Shown here in pieces: positions 1-11,924 of a stretch of DNA of 64,000 nucleotides; position 1 is the first letter of the stretch; every line of letters begins with the position of its first letter. The stretch is from Octopus vulgaris (lineage: Eukaryota): the NCBI GenBank assembly GCA_951406725.2, contig OX597814.1:68572001-68636000 (forward strand). The letters run 5' to 3'. The notes beneath the pieces were generated by a model. That model worked only from the letters and a program-made list of their open reading frames with translations. It ran no database searches and was not told the DNA's origin. Made by a program: the position numbers and the translations under genes.

Positions 1-572
1 TGGCGGTGTTGTCTTCGGTAGGCGGCTTTGTGCTGATTTCGTTGTTGTTGTTGGTAGTGATGGTGGTGGTGCTGGCATTCATGTTTGCGTCTGTATTGGT
101 TTTTGAAATCCCTTTCTCCGTCCTTCTTTCATCGACAAGTGGTGTAGGGAGTGGGGGAAAATCTAAGTTAATGTCTTTGGTGGCGGCGATGGTGAATGGT
201 TTTGCGACGTTAGTTTTGTTGTTGTTGGTGGTGGTGGTGACAGCGGGGTTCAAGCTGCGAGGTTTAGCAGCTAATGGCAGCAATAGTGTTTCGCTATCGT
301 TCCGCATGACTGGTGGGCTAGCCACGTGGTTTTTAGTTGCTATTTTCATAATGAAAAATGGCTAAAAAGAACCTACGAAAGTTTTGAAAATTTTTGGTAA
401 TTTCGCCCATACAGGGGCGGAATTCTACGTGAATAAATCTCAGGTTTTTTAGTGAATGAACTTGCACAACGATTAAGAACAAAATATTTGACAACAAAGA
501 GTTTTAAACATGTAAAAGTGGCCAACTTACGCGGAGCCCATTTGACTAGCGTCCGTCCATGTCGAGGCGAGA
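1..572 (-). mobile_element. 5' end of a probable L1/Tx1-like LINE (5'UTR plus start of ORF1, running off the window)
   Basis: Minus-strand frame from ATG at 349 is open to the window edge (MKIATKNHVASPPVMRNDSETLLLPLAAKPRSLNPAVTTTNNNK..., low-complexity T/N-rich). GC-richer 5' terminus at about 530-572 abuts (GATA)n. No diagnostic domain lies inside the window. Confidence 0.45.
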
Positions 573-577
573 GATAT

Positions 578-680
<103 letters not shown>

Positions 681-749
681 CCTGTTGATGAAGACTTCGT
701 CTAGCAAATTATTTTATTTGCTAAAAAAAGTCAGAAACCAAGGTCCTGG
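681..749 (+). ncRNA. Variant or decayed type I hammerhead ribozyme motif at the start of a short PLE-type element (about 681-894)
   Basis: CCUG-UUGAUGA-A-GACUU[cguc UAGCAAAU uauuuu AUUUGCUA]AAGUC-A-GAAA-CCAAGG-UC-CUGG. Stems II and III are present, the core has U3, and stem I has one mismatch. Confidence 0.55.
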
Positions 750-1039
750 AAATACATGGTAAATGTTTTTATTTTTCATTCCCTTCGAGAATTTATCCCT
801 AATTAGTGGTTTGGATTTTAGCTATTCTTTCTAACGTAAGAGATTCCTATGATGGAAACCTCTTAATGTGTTTAAATGTGCACTGTATTTTATATAGATA
901 GATAGATGGATGGATGGATAGATTCAAATGATAAGAAGTAGACAAAGAAAATTCTTAATGATATCTTTAATGATTCGGTACAATTGTTTTTGTATCAACT
1001 CTATTTGCAACACCAGTTTACGCAAAATTTCGAAGTGAG

Positions 1040-1496
1040 GATTTATGTCATGTTTGCGGCTTAAGACATTAGAGACGCACTCCATCAGACATGCGTGCTG
1101 TCACACTGTGCGTCTTCCAGACCTTGTTTTTTTATCTTTGGCTTATAAATGGAGGAAACTAAAGGATAAGTAATATATATTTTTTTGGTGGGCTCATATC
1201 TCATTTGCGGGCCCATGAAAGACGAACCTCCACCAACTATTCTGCCTATATGTCTGTGAATACCTCTCAATGCCATGTATGCTATAAGGGCTGCAAATCT
1301 AACGGAAGCCTCAAAAGACATTTTAAGATCCACAAAGATCAAAACTTAACTGCAGCTCTTGGTGGTCCCAATCGGATATGCAATCTATGTGGGTGTCTTT
1401 TCAAAACATAGTCTGGTTTTAAAAGCCTTGTCAGATGGTTCTAAGGTGTAGGTACAGGAAGTGGTCAAACTCTGCATTTGAAGTAGACAATCCCCA
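1040..1496 (+). mobile_element. 3' fragment of an RTE-clade LINE with C-terminal C2H2 zinc fingers (decayed)
   Basis: QCHVCYKGCKSNGSLKRHFKIH and ICNLCGCLFKT. Same architecture and similar tail as the RTE fragment at 19030-19683. Confidence 0.65.
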
Positions 1497-1571
1497 TATA
1501 TATGTATATATATATGTGTGTGTGTGTATGTAAGTATATATGTGTGTGTATATATATATATATTTTTTTTT

Positions 1572-1622
1572 TTTGTACTTGTTTCAGTCATTTGACTGCG
1601 GCCATGCTGGAGCACCGCCTTT
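1572..1622 (-). mobile_element. SINE 3' tail fragment
   Basis: Reverse complement of AAGGCGGTGCTCCAGCATGGCCGCAGTCAAATGACTGAAACAAGT, the tail of the SINEs at 9486, 11690, 48877 and 54161. Confidence 0.85.
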
Positions 1623-1629
1623 AGATTGG

Positions 1630-1790
1630 TGAAAGAGTACAGCAGGGATCACCACCATCCCCTGCCGGAGCCTCGTGGAGCTTTTAGGTGTTTTCGCCCA
1701 ATAAACACACACAACGCCCGGTCTGGGAATCGAAACCGCGATCCTCCGACCGCAAGTCCGCTGCCCTAACCACTGGGCCATTGCGCCTCC
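1630..1790 (-). mobile_element. tRNA-derived SINE (second family)
   Basis: Minus-strand head GGAGGCGCAATGGCCCAGTGGTTAGG (A box) ... GGTTTCGATTCCC (B box). Confidence 0.8.
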
Positions 1791-1800
1791 ATATATATAT

Positions 1801-1987
1801 GGAAAGACAAAGGTCGATACAGCTTGGCACCAGTGACGTCGCAACTCATTTCTACAGCTGAGTGAACTGGAGCAACGTAAAATAAAGTGCTTTGCTCAAG
1901 AACACAACACGCAGCCCGGTCCGGGATTCGAACTCACAACCTCACGATCGTAAGCTCGACGCTTTAACCACTGAGCCATGCGCCTCC
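1801..1987 (-). mobile_element. tRNA-derived SINE, inverted partial copy of 2117-2303
   Basis: Essentially exact reverse complement of the 5' 187 bp of the plus-strand SINE. Confidence 0.9.
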
Positions 1988-2001
1988 AGGCGCAATATAT
2001 G

Positions 2002-2103
<102 letters not shown>

Positions 2104-2116
2104 ACATATGCGCCTG

Positions 2117-2460
2117 GAGGCGCATGGCTCAGTGGTTAAAGCGTCGAGCTTACGATCGTGAGGTTGTGAGTTCGAATCCCGGACCGGGCTGCGTGTTGTG
2201 TTCTTGAGCAAAGCACTTTATTTTACGTTGCTCCAGTTCACTCAGCTGTAGAAATGAGTTGCGACGTCACTGGTGCCAAGCTGTATCGACCTTTGTCTTT
2301 CCCTTGGATAACACTGGTGGCGTGGAGAGGGGAGGCCGGTATGCATGGGCGACTGCTGGTCTTCCATAAAAACAACCTTGCCCAGACTTGTGCCTCAGAG
2401 GGTAACTCTCTAGGTGCAAACCCATGGTCACTCATGACCGAAGGGGGTCTTTACCCTTTA
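2117..2460 (+). mobile_element. Full-length tRNA-derived SINE with RTE-like 3' tail
   Basis: A box TGGCTCAGTGG, B box GTTCGAATCC, ending ...CATGGTCACTCATGACCGAAGGGGGTCTTTACCCTTTA. Confidence 0.85.
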
Positions 2461-2470
2461 TATTGCGCCT

Positions 2471-2951
<481 letters not shown>

Positions 2952-2961
<10 letters not shown>

Positions 2962-3968
2962 GGGCTTAGTAAAATAAATTACTTTGCCACATACTGAACT
3001 TAGTAGAAATAGCAGCCAAAAAAAATTTTCTTAGCATTTCTACTACTTAAAGAAAAATTTCTCTCAGATAATGTTTACTCCAGACAGCTCACGAAGGTTT
3101 GGGGGTAAATACAGAAAAATATCACAAGTACATAGATCGTTTGAGTACGTCAACGTTTCAAGATTAGCCAAATAAAATTAGCATTTCTTTCGTCAGCTCA
3201 AAATTTCTTAATTTGGATTTGGAAACACTAAAAAGAAGGAACTTTACCTATCAGCGTACTTGTCGCTTCAGATGAACCACTCCAACTAAACAGTGTCAAC
3301 AAATTCAAAATGCGCAGGCGTAAAATTCTGCACTCCCCATTCCACCCACGTGGTCTATCTAGCAAACATTATATTTTAACCGCGAGAACCGAGGCAGTAT
3401 GACCGAGAGAAATGAATTATAATATCAACAATTGAGGGTAAAATTAATTAATTAATTAATTTCACCAAGTGTTCAGTATGTAAAAGGACCATTCAAGGCG
3501 AATTCAAAATATTACATTATATAATTAGGGCTTAGTAAAATAAATTACTTTGCCACATACTGAACTTAGTAGAAATAGCAGCCAAAAAATTTTTTTCTTA
3601 GCATTTCTACTACTTAAAGAAAAATTTCTCTCAGATAATGTTTACTCCAGACAGCTCACGAAGGTTTGGGGGTAAATACAGAAAAATATCACAAGTACAT
3701 AGATCGTTTGAGTACGTCAACGTTTCAAGATTAGCCAAATAAAATCAGCATTTCTCAAACGATCTATGTATTGTGATATTTTTCTGTATTTACCCCCAAT
3801 TTTTTTTGGCTGCTATTTCTACTAAGTTCAGTATGTGGCAAAGTAATTTATTTTACTAAGCCCTAATTATATAATGTAATATTTTGAATTCGCCTTGAAT
3901 GGTCCTTTTACATACTGAACACTTGGTGAAAGTGATTAATTAATTAATTTTACCCTCAATTGTTGATA
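2952..3968 (-). mobile_element. HHR-containing PLE-derived/retrozyme-like element: two tandem minus copies (period about 566 bp) plus an inverted plus copy
   Basis: 2952-3188 is repeated at 3518-3755. 3754-3968 is the reverse complement of 3423-3712 with an internal deletion. Contains the HHR at 3140-3202. Confidence 0.75.
3140..3202 (-). ncRNA. Type I hammerhead ribozyme with canonical core
   Basis: Minus strand: UUUGAG-CUGACGA-AAGA[aau GCUAA uuuuau UUGGC uaa]UCUU-GAAA-CGU ug ACG-UA^CUCAAA. Stem I is 6 bp, stem II is 4 bp plus an extension, stem III is ACGU/ACGU. GUA cleavage is predicted between 3146 and 3145. Confidence 0.85.
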
Positions 3969-5906
3969 TATATATATATATATATATCAATTGCTACCAC
4001 AGTATTTCGTTTTACAACCATAATGTATTCTTAAAAGTTTATAAGTTAATATTGTGTTGTACTTTTGTGGTAGCAGTGCGATATTCTCACTTTTAAGTTT
4101 ATACCATAGATTTTCTATTGAGTTTACGTCGTTTTGTATACGGATATATCTATGAAAGTAATGCGTGCGCAGGCACCCTCTGTCTCTCTCTCACACACAC
4201 ACGCACACAAACTTATATAATGTGAGAGGGTGTGACTGATCGCTTTATAGCATGTTTGCCACCGAGATAAAACAGTTGCGAACAATTTACATATGCAAGA
4301 TCTTTTTCTGTTGCCAGTACACCGCTCCATTGACATCTTGAAAGAAATGATACATACACTCAAGCTGCATTGTAATATCTAGGTAATTATTTTATTGACA
4401 TGCGACCTGGACTTATCTTTTTCAGAGATTCGAGTAGTTCCACTCGACAACACAGAGAGGCAGAAATATTGTAAAACTTATACTAAGTATTGTAAAACAT
4501 TTTTTTCCTGTGATTTTGGTCGGATACTTGAAGTTGGTATATCTCAGAGTTGAATATTCTATTGATTTCACCTACTGAATGGCGTTGTTTGACTGGAAAT
4601 TTATACACGATATATAGATCAATTTGCAATCAATCAATAGACATCCAAAGTTTTCTAAAAAAGGAAATTATAATAGTAGTTGTAGTAGTTCTGAAACTTG
4701 CAAATTTTTTTCTTCTAATGTATTTTATTGTCAGATTTTTCACATCTTCTGAGATGAAAGTCAATATTTCGGTCCATTACTAGTATTTCTTTTCTTCGTT
4801 TCTCACCAAAGATATCAAATACATCACATTATCGAAAATCTCCTGCTCTCGGGGAAATCATCACCGCAGATTCTACTATTATTTCAATTAAATTATCTAG
4901 GCATAAAATCGGGACAGCAAACAAAATGAGAAACAATCTGGGTCACGCAACAAAACAGATGTAGGCCGAAACGATATCAAAACAAAGTCCATCTCGCCCT
5001 CTTGATAACTCACTCCCACATGTTTAAATAATTTCACTCAAAACACAATGGTAAAGAACGATCTAGTTTGCTCCTACCTCGGTTTGGACATCACGTTGAT
5101 TGATTTTTTTTTCCTTGCAGAAATTGTACTCAAGAACCTCTACTAGTAAACTAAAAGGAAGTAACATTATTAATGTTTCATTCACTTCATTAAAAACGCG
5201 AACCTTACAGCTTATCTCAACTCAATCAAAAAATTGATCTTTGAAGTCAATGCAGTAACAATGGATATAGAATTATCCATAGTGATAACATGAAATTATA
5301 CAACTGTTTATAAAATACTTAATTTTAAAAGACTGACATTAACAAAATCTGAAGTTTAAATTTATTAATGCTAACGTAACTACGAAAGAGAAAGTACTTG
5401 AAGGACAAAGCAACAGTAATAACAATAGAAAAGAAGTAGAACTCACACTGAAAAAACAATAAATAGAAAGAAGTATACGAAGTTCTCGTCAGCATCTTTC
5501 TATATAGTTTTTCGAACCTACAAAACATTTCTTAGTAACAATCGAGCTACGCCAAAAATTACATTCCACTATCTTGGGAAGGAAAAGTGATACTTGATAA
5601 TGTGATAGTGCAACAAGAGGCACCCCCATCTCCACCAGCGGTATCATCATGGATGGAATATATCAAAATAAAGGTTTGCTGGATCAGGGCTAAACAACAG
5701 CAGAAAACACAGAAAAAAAGTAAAGATCAAGTGCGTATTTTCGATAGTTCTTACATAAAATCCACACTAACATACAAGCCAAAACACACACACCTACACA
5801 TACACACACACACATACACAAACACACCTACACATACTCACACACAAACACACATGCGCGCGCGCACACACACACACACACGCACACGAACATACACACA
5901 CACGCA

Positions 5907-5940
<34 letters not shown>

Positions 5941-5941
5941 A

Positions 5942-6004
<63 letters not shown>

Positions 6005-6007
<3 letters not shown>

Positions 6008-6854
6008 GGTGCGGTGAATAAACTGTCATCTAAATTGCGCAAAAAGGATAACACTGACATCTCATTTCGACAGATATATTTACCAAAATTACCTAAAATT
6101 ATCTTGAAATACTAATTTCTTTCGGTGAAATCAGCACTGGCTTCAGCCACACCCTCCAGACGTCTTCGAAATTTCTTGCAACTCTTCTGGACGGTCTACA
6201 TCTTTAAGTTGGTGAATGCAACCATAATCCTTGCCTTCATCTTGCTATTACAAGGAGTTTCATTGGTCTCTCGCTCAACTGCGCCCCACACATAATCATC
6301 AAGTGGGTTGGAATCTAGTGAGTTAGGTGACCATATGTTAGGGGTCATGTGGTCGCAGAAATTGTCTGACAGTTGACTGGGCTCTCCTGCTTGTGTGACA
6401 TGGTGCAGAATCCTGCTGTCAGACATAGGGTCTTCCAGCAGCCAACCTCTTGACCCAGGGTAGCACTACCTCTTCCAGGCACTTGGTGTAGGCTTCTCTG
6501 TTGAGTCAGAAGCCACGTGGGAAGATGAATGAAGGTATAACGTCGCCATCACAATTGATCACTCCAAATAATACGATGTTGACTAGATGTTTGATTTTTA
6601 TCACTCTCGGTACATGTCCTCAGATCGACGCCCCAACACTCTGAAATGTTCGTATTGGAGCATCTGGCCCAAATGCTAAGCAGTACAGCATGTCGTTTCC
6701 AAATTTCTGGCAGAGTGAATTGCGTCAAGGTGCTGTTTTTTTCTCACAGACGGTGCCCAACTGACCCTGTGGAGTCGACAAAATATAAAATAAAACAATG
6801 AGCATGCGCGAAATTAAAACTATAAAATGGTAACAATTTACTCATCACTCTTTG
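6005..6854 (-). mobile_element. Decayed Tc1/mariner (DD37D/maT-like) DNA transposon, copy 1
   Basis: TA|CAGGGTG left end and degenerate right TIR followed by TA. Minus-strand remnants QQDSAPCHT and IWSPNSLDSNPLDDYVWGAVE match the WPPSSPDLNPLDY-type motif. Confidence 0.8.
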
Positions 6855-8081
6855 TATGTGTCTAAATATATATATATTATCAGAGTTTTCAAATCTTCTG
6901 AGATGAAAGTCAATATTTCAAGCCATTACTAGTATTTCTTTTCCTGGTTTCTCACCAAAGATATCAAATACATCACATTATCGAAATTCTCCTGCTCTCA
7001 GCGAAATCATCACCGCATATTCTACTATTATTTCAATTAAATTATCTAGGCATAAAAATATAATCGGGACAGCAAACAAAATGAGAAGCAAACAGGGTCA
7101 TGTAACAAAACAGATGCAGGCCGAAACGATATTAAAACAAAATCCATCTCGCCCTCTTGATAACTCACTCCCACATGTTTAAATAATTTCACTCAAAACA
7201 CAATGGTAAAGAACGATCTAGTTTGCTCCTACCTCGGTTTGGACATCACGTTGATTGATTTTTTTTTCCTTGCAGAAATTGTACTCAAGAACCTCTACTA
7301 GTAAACTAAAAGGAAGTAACATTATTAATGTTTCATTCACTTCATTAAAAACGCGAACCTTACAGCTTATCTCAACTCAATCAAAAAATTGATCTTTGAA
7401 GTCAATGCAGTAACAATGGATATAGAATTATCCATAGTGATAACATGAAATTATACAACTGTTTATAAAATACTTAATTTTAAAAGACTGACATTAACAA
7501 AATCTGAAGTTTAAATTTATTAATGCTAACGTAACTACGAAAGAGAAAGTACTTGAAGGACAAAGCAACAGTAATAACAATAGAAAAGAAGTAGAACTCA
7601 CACTGAAAAAACAATAAATAGAAAGAAGTATACGAAGTTCTCGTCAGCATCTTTCTATATAGTTTTTCGAACCTACAAAACATTTCTTAGTAACAATCGA
7701 GCTACGCCAAAAATTACATTCCACTATCTTGGGAAGGAAAAGTGATACTTGATAATGTGATAGTGCAACAAGAGGCACCCCCATCTCCACCAGCGGTATC
7801 ATCATGGATGGAATATATCAAAATAAAGGTTTGCTGGATCAGGGCTAAACAACAGCAGAAAACACAGAAAAAAAGTAAAGATCAAGTGCGTATTTTCGAT
7901 AGTTCTTACATAAAATCCACACTAACATACAAGCCAAAACACACACACCTACACATACACACACACACATACACAAACACACCTACACATACTCACACAC
8001 AAACACACATGCGCGCGCGCACACACACACACACACGCACACGAACATACACACACACGCAAACACACACACACACACACA

Positions 8082-8154
<73 letters not shown>

Positions 8155-8157
<3 letters not shown>

Positions 8158-9003
8158 GGTGCGGTGAATAAACTGTCATCTAAATTGCGCAAAAAGGATA
8201 ACACTGACATCTCATTTCGACAGATATATTTACCAAAATTACCTAAAATTATCTTGAAATACTAATTTCTTTCGGTGAAATCAGCACTGGCTTCAGCCAC
8301 ACCCTCCAGACGTCTTCGAAATTTCTTGCAACTCTTCTGGACGGTCTACATCTTTAAGTTGGTGAATGCAACCATAATCCTTGCCTTCATCTTGCTATTA
8401 CAAGGAGTTTCATTGGTCTCTCGCTCAACTGCGCCCCACACATAATCATCAAGTGGGTTGGAATCTAGTGAGTTAGGTGACCATATGTTAGGGGTCATGT
8501 GGTCGCAGAAATTGTCTGACAGTTGACTGGGCTCTCCTGCTTGTGTGACATGGTGCAGAATCCTGCTGTCAGACATAGGGTCTTCCAGCAGCCAACCTCT
8601 TGACCCAGGGTAGCACTACCTCTTCCAGGCACTTGGTGTAGGCTTCTCTGTTGAGTCAGAAGCCACGTGGGAAGATGAATGAAGGTATAACGTCGCCATC
8701 ACAATTGATCACTCCAAATAATACGATGTTGACTAGATGTTTGATTTTTATCACTCTCGGTACATGTCCTCAGATCGACGCCCCAACACTCTGAAATGTT
8801 CGTATTGGAGCATCTGGCCCAAATGCTAAGCAGTACAGCATGTCGTTTCCAAATTTCTGGCAGAGTGAATTGCGTCAAGGTGCTGTTTTTTCTCACAGAC
8901 GGTGCCCAACTGACCCTGTGGAGTCGACAAAATATAAAATAAAACAATGAGCATGCGCGAAATTAAAACTATAAAATGGTAACAATTTACTCATCACTCT
9001 TTG
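8155..9003 (-). mobile_element. Decayed Tc1/mariner (DD37D/maT-like) DNA transposon, copy 2 (made by the segmental duplication)
   Basis: Near-identical to 6005-6854. Confidence 0.8.
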
Positions 9004-9485
9004 TATGTGTCTAAATATATATATATTATCAGAGTTTTCAAATCTTCTGAGATGAAAGTCAATATTTCAAGCCATTACTAGTATTTCTTTTCCTGGTTTC
9101 TCACCAAAGATATCAAATACATCACATTATCGAAATTCTCCTGCTCTCAGCGAAATCATCACCGCATATTCTACTATTATTTCAATTAAATTATCTAGGC
9201 ATAAAAATATAATCGGGACAGCAAACAAAATGAGAAGCAAACAGGGTCATGTAACAAAACAGATGCAGGCCGAAACGATATTAAAACAAAATCCATCTCG
9301 CCACCATGATCGACTGTTAGCCACTAAAGCTTTTTTTTAATTCTCACTCTGTTTATTTTCTCGTCCCGAGCGTTAAACTAATACACCTCTTTGTTTTTTT
9401 TATATACCTGTCTTTGTGTGTTGTTCTTTTTTTGTAAATTCCAACTAAATATATATACATATGTATATATATATATATTCCATCC

Positions 9486-9856
9486 AGGCGCAGGAGTAGC
9501 TGTGTGGTAAGTAGCTTGCTTACCAACCACATGGTTCCGGGTACAGTCCCACTGCGTGGCACCTTGTGTCTTCTACTATAGCCTTAGGCCGACCAAAGCC
9601 TTGTGAGTGGATTTGGTAGATGGAAACTGAAAGAAGCCCGTCGTGTGCGTGTATGTTTGTGTGTCTGTGTTTGTCCCCCTAGCATTGCTTGACAACCGAT
9701 GCTGGTGTGTTTATGTCCCTGTCACTTATCGGTTCGGCAAGAGAGACCGATAGAATATGTACTGGGCTTACAAAGAATAAGTCCCGGGGTCGAGTTGCTC
9801 GATTAAAAAAGGCGGTGCTCCAGCATGGCCGCAGTCAAATGACTGAAACAAGAGTA
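9486..9856 (+). mobile_element. tRNA-derived SINE (major family with internal (TG)n)
   Basis: Head GGCGCAGGAGTAGCTGTGTGGTAAG, tail CAGCATGGCCGCAGTCAAATGACTGAAACAAG. Several copies occur in the window. Confidence 0.9.
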
Positions 9857-10044
9857 TGTATATATATATATATATATTCCAAGAGAGTAGAGGTTGTGAC
9901 TCCAACCAAGGGAAAATATCTATCGAATATACTGCTGGTAGAATACCCAATTATTAATACACAACTATTTTTTCATTGCATGGCAATTACACTACTGAAT
10001 GTAGTAAATGTGTGAGGACATATGAAGTTGTTTTACACTTAATT

Positions 10045-10445
10045 TATACGGCAATAAATGGAGGGGGATCAAGATGTGGTATTCTACAACTTTTAGACAT
10101 TATATTATGTCTATCTTTTAAAAAAGTATAACACTATACATACATGTATAACATATTATGCTTTACATATATAAAAATACCAGTAATTTTTAAAATATAT
10201 CACGTAGAACAGTTTCTTACAGCTGCTTCAGCTAAGAGGTCATAATGCCCCCATTTTACTTCCATCCCTTCTGTGAACTGAAGTATTTGGTAGGTAATAT
10301 TAAGGTACTTGGGTGTGTCTCTGGGCTTCGTCAGAGAGTTTAGAAAGTTCATAAGGTTAAGTTATAAATATAAATACATACATATAAACACACTTTTACA
10401 TATACATACATATACACAAATATACATAAATACATATCTATACAT
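10045..10445. repeat. Dispersed repeat, inverted diverged partner of 15187-15546 (possible PLE-type terminal repeat)
   Basis: Collinear reverse-complement similarity over about 360-400 bp with indels. Confidence 0.8.
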
Positions 10446-10709
10446 TTATATATATATGTATATACATACAAAAGAATAAATTATTATAATCATTAGGTGT
10501 ATTATATTATTCTTATTAGTTAAAGTATAAACAGAGGAAAGAGAAACTTATCACAATATAAATAATAGTGGAATTTGTACATCAGCATGGCCGCAGCTCT
10601 GAGCTGAAACTAGATAGAAAAAAATCAATCTATATTAAGTTTATCGTAGTTTTGTAGGAATTAATAGGTATATAATTGAGGAATACATACACACACATGC
10701 ACACACACA

Positions 10710-10768
<59 letters not shown>

Positions 10769-11658
10769 TTACGTACAAACATACCCATAGGTACATACAT
10801 ATTTCATGTGTTGAGAAGGGAGGATTACAGTAGTAGTTCGTATTTTTCTTTTTGTGGGTAACCAATAACATAAACAACAAAGTAGGTAAAAATATATGAA
10901 TGTACACAAATAAAAACAAATAATCCAAGGTTAACTATTAGTGGGCAGGATAGTAAAAGTCAATAAAGAAATTAATATAGGGACTTGACTCTATTATATT
11001 ATATCAAATTAAGTTAAGTTATGTTAAATTACGTAATATATAAGAAAACTGTGGATGAATTTATATATGTATATATATTAGTATTTTAGGCTAAAGTGAT
11101 ATTACTAAGGGGATATTGTTTTAATAGACTGCATATGGAAGATAAGTTATTACAAATCTATTACAAAAACAGTATATAATAACACATGTATCTGCTTAAT
11201 TAGGGGAAACATTTGTACATTTACTAAACCATGTGTATAATATAGGGTTAAAATTATATGTTGGAAGTTATTCGGACCAAATTCAAGTAAAGGACAAAAG
11301 ACCAAATGTGACCGTAGAAGTTGTTTCGCTAAGTTGTTATTTATCGCTAAAACTATGTTTTAAATGTATTCTCCGATAAAATACATTGATTGCAATGCTC
11401 AATGCAACAGGGTTTATTTATTAAATTAATGAACCAACTCAATATATATCCTCATATATCCTCTTTTATATATACTTACATATTACTAAATTGTTGTTAT
11501 TTATCGCTAAAATTTTGTTTAAAATCAATTTTTTTTGACAAAATGCCTCAAATGCAAGACTCTAAAATCTAACCCACTTATAGTGGACCTTTATCTCAAG
11601 CCCTCAATAGAAAACTTATCGCATGTATGTATGTATATATAAGCCTATCGTATATATG

Positions 11659-11689
<31 letters not shown>

Positions 11690-11903
11690 ATATGTTTGTG
11701 TGTCTGTGTTTGTCCCCCTAGCATTGCTTGGCAACCGATGCTGGTGTGTTTACGTCCCCGTCACTTAGTGGTTCGGCAAAAGAATAAGAATAAGTACTGG
11801 ACTTACAAAAGAATAAATCCCGGGGTCGAGTTGCTCGACTAAAGGCGGTGCTCCAGCATGGCCGCAGTCAAATGACTGAAACAAGTAAAAGAGTAAAAGA
11901 GAG
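11690..11903 (+). mobile_element. SINE 3' half
   Basis: Matches the 3' half of the 9486 and 54161 SINEs. Confidence 0.88.
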
Positions 11904-11924
11904 AGTATATATATATATATATAT

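Larger units (their letters stand above)
4731..9302 (+). repeat. Tandem segmental duplication A'-B-A-B-A (period about 2150 bp)
   Basis: 4999-7152 is nearly identical to 7153-9302. A block of about 270 bp occurs three times (diverged copy at about 4731-4998, near-identical copies at about 6880-7152 and 9030-9302). Confidence 0.95.

Noticed and set aside
6-365. Hydrophobic 119-aa plus-strand ORF resembling a membrane protein
   Set aside because: Antisense shadow of a T/N-rich minus-strand ORF1-like frame
2117-2190. tRNA-like heads (also 1715-1790 and 1914-1987)
   Set aside because: SINE heads continuing into SINE bodies, with no proper acceptor stem
5100-5165. Splice-acceptor-like sites (also near 4424 and 47257) suggesting host exons
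   Set aside because: No convincing donor, reading frame or recognisable protein; would need RNA-seq
5478-5520. Possible type II hammerhead on the minus strand (GUUC-GAAA...CUGACGA-GAAC), duplicated near 7640
   Set aside because: Stem II pairs, but stems I and III cannot be formed convincingly
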